A stretch of DNA of 64,000 nt from contig CAXHJY010000276.1 of assembly GCA_964016885.1 (NCBI GenBank), positions 1 through 64,000 on the forward strand. Direction: 5' to 3'. The position numbers were made by a program, and so were the translations under genes. The stretch comes from Eledone cirrhosa (taxonomy: Eukaryota). The notes under the pieces were generated by a model. It searched no databases and was not told the DNA's origin. It saw only the letters and a program-made list of their open reading frames with translations. Shown one piece after another: positions 35,214 through 48,587 of this stretch; the first letter of the stretch is position 1, and each line of letters starts with the position of its first letter.

Positions 35214-37281
35214 CATTAATGCACACATTTCAATTTGCGTTCCAAAATCGGTTGTTTTGTTTACTCCCATTATTTCTATTTTTTACTTTGACTACCTTTT
35301 GTTTTCTGTATCTATCCTTTGTGATCCTGTCTCTATTTTTGTATTCTCGAAGAAGGGCTAAAGCCCGACACGTCTAACTTTCTTTCTCCTTTTCCATATA
35401 AAGCGTGAAAGTAATAAGATTTTTGTACATGTTTTGTTGTTATATATATATGTGTGTGTGTGACTGTGTGTGTGTGTGTAGCTGTGCTAAACAATTATTT
35501 TCACACCGAAAAAGTTCAACTGAACAATTTGATAAAGATCGATAAAATAAATACCAGACTGAAATAAGTACTGTTTTGATTTGATTGACTAAATCTCGTG
35601 CATCAGCGTGACCGCAGTCCAATGACTGAATTTGGCACAAGGCCAATACTTTTTTGGGGAGGGGCAAGTCGATTAAATCGACCCAGTGCATTACTGGTGC
35701 TTTATTCTATCGAACCCGAAAGGATGAAAGGCAAAGCTAACCTTGGTGGGATTTGAACTTAGAACGTAAAGGACCGTAACTCTATGCTGCAAAGCATAGA
35801 GCCTGATGCTCTACCGATTCTTCCAATCCGCCGCTCTTGAAGCCTCTAAAATAATGATTTCTGCTGGTCTTGTACTTGTAATAAAAAAAATATCAATATC
35901 ATTTCTAACACAAAAATAGTAAATATTTTCAACTGATGATTTAAACGAGATTTTAGTCAAGAGCCTACGTCTTGCACTACGATACATCCAGGTAATTTTA
36001 AAAAGGTAATCCTGTTTATTGCACTACTAGAAACAGATAAGTATTAAATATCTCGAGACAGTGACACGATGTGAATTTCTTATCTGTAAACATTCGACTT
36101 AACATAAATTGCTAATATTCTTCAGAAAAAAATGTCGATAAAATAAAGTACTAGTAAAATCCTGTGGTCAACAAATCGATTTTCCTTTTCCCATAAAATA
36201 TTGGTCTTTTAAGATGGGTGGTGGATTTCGGATAAAATGACGTTGCGGTTTTTGTTCCGTCTCTTTTGTAGTGCTAATAATGGCTAGAGCATCGAGCTTA
36301 CAATCGTGAGGTTGTGAGTTCGATTCTCGGATCGGGCTTTGCGTTGTGTTCTTGAGCAAGACACTTCATTTCACGTTGCTGTAGAAATGAGTTGCGACGT
36401 CACTGGTGCCAAGCTGTATCGGCATTTCTTTGGACAACATCGGTGGCCTGGAGAGGGGAGCTGATGGGCGTTTGCTGGTCTTCCACAAACAACCTTACCC
36501 GGGCTTGTGCTTCGGAGCAACTTTCTAGGTGCAAATCCCATGGTCATTTGGGACCGAAGGTTGGGAGGGGGGTCTTTACCTTTTACCCTAGTGCTGACAA
36601 TTAAAGGTAGTTGGTTGGTAGAGTCGTTTGAGCGTCGAAGTGAATGTGCTGTGATATTTATTCCGCTCCACTGTAGCTGAAATCAATATTTCCTTCCATC
36701 ACTTTGGGGTCGATAAATGAAGTACCAGCCCCGAGCTGGTGCTGGTGCAGCCCTCTTTCTACTCCACTTCCTTCTGTCACATCCTGAATGTTCCAGCTCG
36801 AATCAACCCCAGCACGTGGCATCTTTTCACTACAGCCTCTGGGTAACTCAAGCCGTGTGAGTGAAATTGGATGGACTATACCTACAAATTAAAGATCTAT
36901 ACACGTTGCATACCGTCGGGTTGATTCTGCATGTGGATTATGTTAAGGATACATGTGTCTGTGGAATACTCAACTATTTACACATTAATTCAATAAGCAA
37001 GTAGTTCAGTTGATTATTGAACAACTGAATACTCATCACCGAAACAGACGGAGGTCTATTTACTCTAGAAAGGTACGAATATCTTAGAGATTATGCCTCC
37101 CTTCTGATATTGTAAGTATTATTCAAACTTGGATAGGGACATAAAGTACAAAATAAGCTTCCAGCAAGCTTAAACTGACATGCCGTTTCAATTTCTAGTT
37201 GTAGTGAATTCCACAATGGGACAGTCATATTTCACGAAGTTGCCACAATTGCTATCTCTCGTAATCTTTGATAAATATATT

Positions 37282-37445
37282 CCATAGTTGCCTCACATTG
37301 CTAAACACTACATCAGTTCATAGACACCATAGTTGCCTCATACTGCTAAACATCAAATAAATTCATAGACACCATAGTTGTTTCACATTGCTAAACAGCA
37401 CATCAATTCATAGACACCATAGTTGCCTCACATTGCTAAACATCA
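37282..37445. repeat. ~45-bp tandem repeat, ~3.5 copies
   Basis: Unit approximately ccatagttgcctcacattgctaaaca...ttcatagaca. Confidence 0.85.
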
Positions 37446-37899
37446 CTATGAAATCCTAGATTTCTTCTTGAGGACCAGAAACTATTTCAATCCTGTCTAC
37501 ACGGTTCGATTTTTATCTTTATTGGTTTGGTGTGGAGGAAAGGGTTGTGCTGATGGGTTTTCCAGGTCGTTCAAGATTGGCAGTTAATGATTTTTTTTTC
37601 TTGGATAGTCACAAACTATTAGCTGCAGGAAAATTATGGACAGGGAAAAAGTTAAAAAGATCGAAGTTCGGAAGGAATGAGGGTAGATAATGTGGTTAGT
37701 GTGGGGTCTGGTGTGAAGTTGACATTATGTTGGTGACAAGAAAAAGGGGACAAGACTAGGAAATCAACAGTGCATGACACGGAACAAGTAAGATCTGACG
37801 AGTAGAGACTATTTTAGTAGTGAAAGTCAGAGAGAGAGAGAGGGAGAGAGAGAGAGAAAGAGAGAGAGAGCGAGAGCGAGAGAGAGAGAGAGAGAGAAA

Positions 37900-38395
37900 G
37901 GAAACTACATATACCGACCGAAACTTGGAGTGTAATTGTTAGCGACTTCATGCCAATCAATTGAGAGCTTTTTGAATACAATCTAAGATACGAATATGTA
38001 TAATGGCTATACGATCCCATATAGCTTTCTGTGCAGTAGCAGCTCCACCGTTCAAGATGTGGGAGCAGTGCTCCATAGAGAGCCTTACCTGAGCTTTATA
38101 GATGGTTAGTAGTCGTTAGGGGCTGAAGTATTTTTTCTGGTTGTGAAGAGAAAGGTCAGCTTTTGAGATGCCGTGAGGGGATATGTTTCACTAGAAGAGA
38201 GATACATAGTGATGTGATGGTGAGCAGAGGGATCTTTTGAGAGGGTTCTAGTTAAAATAGTGTTTGTGTTTAAGGGAAGGGGATGCGGTGTGATGACATG
38301 TTTTTGATTTGTGCAGGGTTTACGTCTTTCTGCTGTTGAGGGAGCTAAGAGTATCATGATCACATTGCAGGATATTTCAGAGTCCCTGTTCATAG
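37900..38395 (-). mobile_element. Degraded Jockey/CR1-group LINE RT C-terminal fragment
   Basis: Minus frame KKYFSP*RLLTIYKAQVRLSMEHCSHI resembles the conserved LYKAQVRPxMEYCSHxW motif. Confidence 0.65.
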
Positions 38396-39620
38396 AGTTA
38401 GGCAGCGAATTAGCAGTCGTTAGAACGTAGGTTAGAATGCTTTATGGTATTCGTTCCGGTTCTCTGCTCTCTGAGTTCAACTTTACCTTTCATCCTTTCG
38501 AGGTCGATAAAAAAGTACCAGTCTAGTAAAGGGGTCGATTATTTCTCTCTCTCTCTCTGGAAGAAATCTGCTGTATTCAGGCCTGGAGACGGATGGGCTC
38601 CGCCATGCTTAAAATGTCCGAGACACGCCGTATGTCAATATGACACCCCTACGACTCTATCAGGAGTCAAGAGACCAGAGTTCATGGAGTTAGTGTAGAT
38701 TTGCCTTCATGCATGTCTAGGTGACATGTGGATGACACTTGGATGCAGACATCATCCCCTATGTGATTGCCCCTCCTCCACTTCTGGGGTCCTTTGCTTT
38801 TCTTTCTTCCGGAATCAATAAAGTAAAGTACTAATTAAAAACTGTGTTTGATACAATCGGCTTTTCTCCTTCCTTCAAATTTCTGGCTTTGTGCCTATAT
38901 TAAAAAAAGTTAAGGTTGGTGGATTGGTAGAATCGTTAGTGCATTGGATAAAATGCATTGCAGTATTTCGTCACTGCCATCTGCGTTCTGGTTTCAAATC
39001 CAGTCGAAATCAGTTTTGATTCAAGAAAATCTTAAATTGATATAACACTCTCCATTTAGTCTTTACCGATGAGGCTTAGAGATCATAACTCTGACATTAT
39101 GGGCATGTGGTTAGGTTGTCTCAGGAAAGAATCGTTTGACAGATTTTACAGGCAAAATCAACCGGCAGTATAATAAGGGGCAGACCCTGAGCAAGATGGT
39201 ATAACATCCATGAGCTCGGCTGGTTTCACTTCGGGATCCAGTCGGAAGAATTCGAGATGATTGTTTCTGACAGGGCCTGCCGAAAGGTGTGTTTGAGGAT
39301 TCTGCCCCCCCCCCTCACCCTCCCAGGAATAAGTGGGCGAAGAAGAAGGAAAAGAAAACTCCCCATTTACATATACACCCACGTACACACACACATGCAC
39401 AAACACTCACACATGCAGATACACACACATTAGTATGAATGCCATTGGTAGTGTACAGAATAATATATTAATAAAGTATATTTGTCAAAAGAAGTAATAT
39501 GATATGACTTCCCTTTTAATAAGAATCCCTCTTTTAATAAGAATATTAATAGTTCTGAGAGTGGGATAAGTACAGAATGTTTCTTTTCGTCTTTGTTTGC
39601 CATTGGCATAATCAAATAGT

Positions 39621-39662
<42 letters not shown>

Positions 39663-39940
39663 TGTTTCATATGAAAGGAGTTAACCGGATCAACCATGTT
39701 CAAACATCGATAAGATTCTGGGTTTTTTCCCTTTTTTTTGTCTTTTTATTTATCTTTCTGTTTTTCTTTCCTGTAATTCAAAGTAAAAACAAACTAAGCA
39801 ACATAACTAAAACAGGAAATATATATCAGTTTGTCATTATTGTAGCAAGGGGAATAAATGTTGCCAGAAATAATAACCGAAGAAGAAATGTTTATTGAAC
39901 TAGATAACTTATGGTCCAACAGTTTGGGCTGAAATAAAAT

Positions 39941-40419
39941 CTAGAATAATCCTAAAGATGCCGTATGTTGCCGAGCTCGGTAACGTAAATTTTCGATGCT
40001 CGAAGATAATATGGCGTCTTTTTGACCACTGACGTCACCAGAAGTAGCTGCTGCAGCTGCAGCTGCAGCTGCCGCGGCTGCGGCCGCAACTGGAGACACA
40101 GTTTGTAGGTTAGTACTTTGGCTTGAAGTGTGTTGAAGTCCAGTCTGAAATGTGTCGCTTGCCAAGGTAGACAACTGCGGTAAAGACGCCGGTATATAAT
40201 AAGGCCAACCAGAATAGGCTGCCGTCAGAGCTCCGCTTGGGTTGATTTGTAAAATACCCGAACCCGTGTTGCTTGGTCCCGGGGTGGTGTGAGCGAAAGG
40301 TTTGTGTAGCAATGATGTAGCTGCGGCCAAGGTCTGGTGGTGAACATTGAGCAGTCCGAACTGATGGTAGGGGGAGGAGAAAGTCAGTGGAGCTCGACTG
40401 TAATTTGGAGACGATGAAT
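39941..40419 (-). CDS. DMBX1: Dmbx-type homeobox gene, last coding exon (poly-Ala and OAR motif)
   Basis: Acceptor ttttctattgcag at 40420 is phase 1 and in frame with the previous exon. The exon ends SSSIENLRYRARQHTASLGLF-stop, an OAR motif. Confidence 0.9.
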
Positions 40420-40449
40420 CTGCAATAGAAAAATAAACAATAGTAAAAA

Positions 40450-40862
40450 ATGATGGTGATGATGGTGATGATGATGATGATGATGATGGCGGTGTTGGTG
40501 GGGGTAGTGTTGATGGTGGTGATGGTGATGATGGCGGTGTTGGTGGGGGTAATTGTGATGGCGGTGATGGTGATGATGGCGGTGTTGGTGGGGGTAGTGG
40601 TGATGGTGGTGATGGTGATGATGGCGGTGTTGGTGGGGGTAATTGTGATGGCGGTGATGGTGATGATGGCGGTGTTGGTGGAGGTAATTGTGATGGCGGT
40701 GATGGTGATGATGGCGGTGTTGGTGGGGGTAGTGGTGATGGTGATGATTATAATGGTAGTGGTGATGATGCTGATGACACTGATTATAATGTTAGTGATG
40801 TTGATAATGAATGATTCTGATGACGATGGTAATGAATGATTATGGTGAAATGATGATGATGG

Positions 40863-40900
<38 letters not shown>

Positions 40901-40911
40901 GTGATGATGAC

Positions 40912-40945
<34 letters not shown>

Positions 40946-41090
40946 ATGGTGATATTGATGGTAATGTTGGTGTAGATGGTGAGGTGATGATTATGGAAGT
41001 GGTAATGATTACGGTGGGGGTGTTGATTATGGCGGTGATGATGGAATTGGTGATGATAAAAGTAGGTGTGATGATGATGGTGATAATGAA
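40450..41090. repeat. (GAT/GGT)n trinucleotide-derived repeat with ~30/60-bp higher-order units
   Basis: Direct reading; intronic. Confidence 0.85.
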
Positions 41091-41439
41091 GAAAATGAAG
41101 AGAAGGAAGACTAAAGTAATTACTTTAATTATAACAAAGATATCGTAGAAATACTATTTAGTGTTTAGTACAATCCAATATAATACAACAGAATAAACAA
41201 TGTTGTGAAATGGTTTTTAAGCGACTAATTTGAGGGAAAAATAAGGAGAAACAGGTGCACGGATAGTACACGGGTTGTGCGTTTGTCATTTGCCGGGAAA
41301 CTAGTTCCTCATTAGGTTTTATAACTCCTGCTATTCTAATTTCTCGAATTATTTATACATCTAGAAGTTGCACCGCCATTTTACGTGCAACATTTACAAC
41401 ATTCAAGTAATATTTTCTTGATATAAAAAAAGAAATAAA

Positions 41440-41915
41440 GAAAAGGAAAGGAGCCAATCTTCAGATAGAACCAAGGAAACGATGTTTCCATTGGTCTTTC
41501 CATTACTGATACTATCTGCTGGTCTCATTTCTTAGCAGAAAAAAGGAGTCAATCAGTTTGGACCAAGGAAACTATGTTTCTGTTGGTCATTTTATTACTG
41601 ATACTATCTGCTAGACGCAACTGCTGGCAGAAGAAATAAGCCTATGGCCAGATCAGACCAAGAAAACCATGTTTCTGTTAGTTATTTTATTGCTGATACT
41701 ATCTGCTAGACGCAACTCCTGGCAGAAGAAATAAGCCGATGGCCAGATCAGACCAAGAAAAGTATGTTTCTGTTGGTTTTATATTGCTGATATTATCTGC
41801 TAGACATAACTTCTGCCAGAAGAAAGGAGCCGATCGTTAGATCGGACTAAGGAAACAATAGTTCTATTGGATTTTTCATTACTGATACTATCTGTCAGTC
41901 ATAACTCTTGACAGT
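41440..41915. repeat. ~94-bp tandem repeat, ~5 diverged copies
   Basis: accaag(g/a)aaac...tgatactatctgct...gcagaag recurs at ~41470, 41563, 41657, 41752 and 41846. Confidence 0.85.
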
Positions 41916-42839
41916 TCTGGACTCAGAACTGACTTGTGGCTACGCAACAACAACGTCACAAACTTACTTTTATTCCGAGGTGATAAATAAGGGTCATTGA
42001 TTGATGTTGATAGAGATCTTGAGACACCAGGACTCCCAACAAATTCTTCCTGAACTGATTCGTGGCCACCAACATCAATTGTAGGAGTTCCTTCTTTTAC
42101 AAACGATGGTTTACATTCGTATTCACCTAATTAAATATAAAAGACAGAAATATATATTTATATATATATTGAAAGGTTGGGAGTTCGAATCCTTTATTTT
42201 CATCTTGCTCCAGTTCAACGACTACTGGTCTTACACAAACATACCTTGTCATTCGTGACCTCCCCAAAAAGTGTGTGTGTGTGTGGGGGGGGGGGGGTTT
42301 ACGACGAATAATACATCAAATCTTATCCATACACCCAATGATGAGAGAGACTCTTTCCATCAGAGTGGACGATTACGATAATATAGGGAAATAGTATGAA
42401 CAACATTAGGCTGTGAACATGTTACCTAGAATAATAGATAGCAACAACGAAAATCACACACACACACACACCTATATATAAATTCGCCCACTTATTCTTG
42501 AGAGAGCTGAAGGGGCAGGGTCCTAGGTCCCATGGTTCTCTCAGTAATCCAGCTGGATCCAAAAGCGGTATCCAAACACCTTGCTAGTGATCAGCTTCTG
42601 GATCTCTTGCTGGTTGGCCCGTAAAATTTGTCCTGCGATTATTTCCTTAAACAGTGAAAGCAGATTTTCGTAGCACCGGAGCTGTGATTTCTTGCTGCGG
42701 AGAAGTAACGACTCAGTGGCTGAAGGACCACCATGTTCAAACAGGAAGTTAAAGATACCATCTATACGAATACATACATTACATACATACGTTTCACTAT
42801 ATATATACGTACGTTGCATTACACACTCATTACATTCAT

Positions 42840-44500
<1,661 letters not shown>

Positions 44501-47500
44501 ATTGGAATGAATGCTCTGAAATAGCGATATATATGTGAATATAGACACAGAATATTCGAAAATATTCTGTATGTTTATAATAAACATTTTGAAGACCTAA
44601 TCGCTATAGAATAGAATACGTCACGTATTACAATTAGATTCTCGATAAAAGCAAGGGAAGTAAGTCTACGCGTTTCATTCTTGTTAGAATTCATCAGGAC
44701 TACATATCCAGTGCTTTCATCGAGAATGACACAGCTAGAGACTTATAGAATACTTAGCTGTGTACAGGAACTGGTTTGAAAGAGCGGTTGCCGGTCCGGC
44801 AGAAATTAGAAATTGGAATGAATGCTCTGAAATAGCGATATATATGTGAATATAGACACAGAATATTCGAAAATATTCTGTATGTTTATAATAAACATTT
44901 TGAAGACCTAATCGCTATAGAATAGAATACGTCACGTATTACAATTAGATTCTCGATAAAAGCAAGGGAAGTAAGTCTACGCGTTTCATTCTTGTTAGAA
45001 TTCATCAGGACTACATATCCAGTGCTTTCATCGAGAATGACACAGCTAGAGACTTATAGAATACTTAGCTGTGTACAGGAACTGGTTTGAAAGAGCGGTT
45101 GCCGGTCCGGCAGAAATTAGAAATTGGAATGAATGCTCTGAAATAGCGATATATATGTGAATATAGACACAGAATATTCGAAAATATTCTGTATGTTTAT
45201 AATAAACATTTTGAAGACCTAATCGCTATAGAATAGAATACGTCACGTATTACAATTAGATTCTCGATAAAAGCAAGGGAAGTAAGTCTACGCGTTTCAT
45301 TCTTGTTAGAATTCATCAGGACTACATATCCAGTGCTTTCATCGAGAATGACACAGCTAGAGACTTATAGAATACTTAGCTGTGTACAGGAACTGGTTTG
45401 AAAGAGCGGTTGCCGGTCCGGCAGAAATTAGAAATTGGAATGAATGCTCTGAAATAGCGATATATATGTGAATATAGACACAGAATATTCGAAAATATTC
45501 TGTATGTTTATAATAAACATTTTGAAGACCTAATCGCTATAGAATAGAATACGTCACGTATTACAATTAGATTCTCGATAAAAGCAAGGGAAGTAAGTCT
45601 ACGCGTTTCATTCTTGTTAGAATTCATCAGGACTACATATCCAGTGCTTTCATCGAGAATGACACAGCTAGAGACTTATAGAATACTTAGCTGTGTACAG
45701 GAACTGGTTTGAAAGAGCGGTTGCCGGTCCGGCAGAAATTAGAAATTGGAATGAATGCTCTGAAATAGCGATATATATGTGAATATAGACACAGAATATT
45801 CGAAAATATTCTGTATGTTTATAATAAACATTTTGAAGACCTAATCGCTATAGAATAGAATACGTCACGTATTACAATTAGATTCTCGATAAAAGCAAGG
45901 GAAGTAAGTCTACGCGTTTCATTCTTGTTAGAATTCATCAGGACTACATATCCAGTGCTTTCATCGAGAATGACACAGCTAGAGACTTATAGAATACTTA
46001 GCTGTGTACAGGAACTGGTTTGAAAGAGCGGTTGCCGGTCCGGCAGAAATTAGAAATTGGAATGAATGCTCTGAAATAGCGATATATATGTGAATATAGA
46101 CACAGAATATTCGAAAATATTCTGTATGTTTATAATAAACATTTTGAAGACCTAATCGCTATAGAATAGAATACGTCACGTATTACAATTAGATTCTCGA
46201 TAAAAGCAAGGGAAGTAAGTCTACGCGTTTCATTCTTGTTAGAATTCATCAGGACTACATATCCAGTGCTTTCATCGAGAATGACACAGCTAGAGACTTA
46301 TAGAATACTTAGCTGTGTACAGGAACTGGTTTGAAAGAGCGGTTGCCGGTCCGGCAGAAATTAGAAATTGGAATGAATGCTCTGAAATAGCGATATATAT
46401 GTGAATATAGACACAGAATATTCGAAAATATTCTGTATGTTTATAATAAACATTTTGAAGACCTAATCGCTATAGAATAGAATACGTCACGTATTACAAT
46501 TAGATTCTCGATAAAAGCAAGGGAAGTAAGTCTACGCGTTTCATTCTTGTTAGAATTCATCAGGACTACATATCCAGTGCTTTCATCGAGAATGACACAG
46601 CTAGAGACTTATAGAATACTTAGCTGTGTACAGGAACTGGTTTGAAAGAGCGGTTGCCGGTCCGGCAGAAATTAGAAATTGGAATGAATGCTCTGAAATA
46701 GCGATATATATGTGAATATAGACACAGAATATTCGAAAATATTCTGTATGTTTATAATAAACATTTTGAAGACCTAATCGCTATAGAATAGAATACGTCA
46801 CGTATTACAATTAGATTCTCGATAAAAGCAAGGGAAGTAAGTCTACGCGTTTCATTCTTGTTAGAATTCATCAGGACTACATATCCAGTGCTTTCATCGA
46901 GAATGACACAGCTAGAGACTTATAGAATACTTAGCTGTGTACAGGAACTGGTTTGAAAGAGCGGTTGCCGGTCCGGCAGAAATTAGAAATTGGAATGAAT
47001 GCTCTGAAATAGCGATATATATGTGAATATAGACACAGAATATTCGAAAATATTCTGTATGTTTATAATAAACATTTTGAAGACCTAATCGCTATAGAAT
47101 AGAATACGTCACGTATTACAATTAGATTCTCGATAAAAGCAAGGGAAGTAAGTCTACGCGTTTCATTCTTGTTAGAATTCATCAGGACTACATATCCAGT
47201 GCTTTCATCGAGAATGACACAGCTAGAGACTTATAGAATACTTAGCTGTGTACAGGAACTGGTTTGAAAGAGCGGTTGCCGGTCCGGCAGAAATTAGAAA
47301 TTGGAATGAATGCTCTGAAATAGCGATATATATGTGAATATAGACACAGAATATTCGAAAATATTCTGTATGTTTATAATAAACATTTTGAAGACCTAAT
47401 CGCTATAGAATAGAATACGTCACGTATTACAATTAGATTCTCGATAAAAGCAAGGGAAGTAAGTCTACGCGTTTCATTCTTGTTAGAATTCATCAGGACT

Positions 47501-48587
47501 ACATATCCAGTGCTTTCATCGAGAATGACACAGCTAGAGACTTATAGAATACTTAGCTGTGTACAGGAACTGGTTTGAAAGAGCGGTTGCCGGTCCGGCA
47601 GAAATTAGAAATTGGAATGAATGCTCTGAAATAGCGATATATATGTGAATATAGACACAGAATATTCGAAAATATTCTGTATGTTTATAATAAACATTTT
47701 GAAGACCTAATCGCTATAGAATAGAATACGTCACGTATTACAATTAGATTCTCGATAAAAGCAAGGGAAGTAAGTCTACGCGTTTCATTCTTGTTAGAAT
47801 TCATCAGGACTACATATCCAGTGCTTTCATCGAGAATGACACAGCTAGAGACTTATAGAATACTTAGCTGTGTACAGGAACTGGTTTGAAAGAGCGGTTG
47901 CCGGTCCGGCAGAAATTAGAAATTGGAATGAATGCTCTGAAATAGCGATATATATGTGAATATAGACACAGAATATTCGAAAATATTCTGTATGTTTATA
48001 ATAAACATTTTGAAGACCTAATCGCTATAGAATAGAATACGTCACGTATTACAATTAGATTCTCGATAAAAGCAAGGGAAGTAAGTCTACGCGTTTCATT
48101 CTTGTTAGAATTCATCAGGACTACATATCCAGTGCTTTCATCGAGAATGACACAGCTAGAGACTTATAGAATACTTAGCTGTGTACAGGAACTGGTTTGA
48201 AAGAGCGGTTGCCGGTCCGGCAGAAATTAGAAATTGGAATGAATGCTCTGAAATAGCGATATATATGTGAATATAGACACAGAATATTCGAAAATATTCT
48301 GTATGTTTATAATAAACATTTTGAAGACCTAATCGCTATAGAATAGAATACGTCACGTATTACAATTAGATTCTCGATAAAAGCAAGGGAAGTAAGTCTA
48401 CGCGTTTCATTCTTGTTAGAATTCATCAGGACTACATATCCAGTGCTTTCATCGAGAATGACACAGCTAGAGACTTATAGAATACTTAGCTGTGTACAGG
48501 AACTGGTTTGAAAGAGCGGTTGCCGGTCCGGCAGAAATTAGAAATTGGAATGAATGCTCTGAAATAGCGATATATATGTGAATATAG
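44501..48587 (-). mobile_element. Retrozyme-like tandem array, left block: 13 full 311-bp units plus 44 bp, hammerheads on minus strand
   Basis: attggaatgaatgc recurs every 311 bp (44501, 44812, 45123 ... 48544). Each unit holds the reverse complement of a complete hammerhead (first at 44660-44703). Confidence 0.9.

Noticed and set aside
35345-35378. tcgaaga-agggc-taaa-gccc-gaca-cgtc hammerhead-like motif
   Set aside because: Both core segments are mutated and there is no convincing stem I; at most a relic.
40450-40839. Hydrophobic M/V-rich 129-aa ORF
   Set aside because: Trinucleotide-derived repeat in the Dmbx intron.
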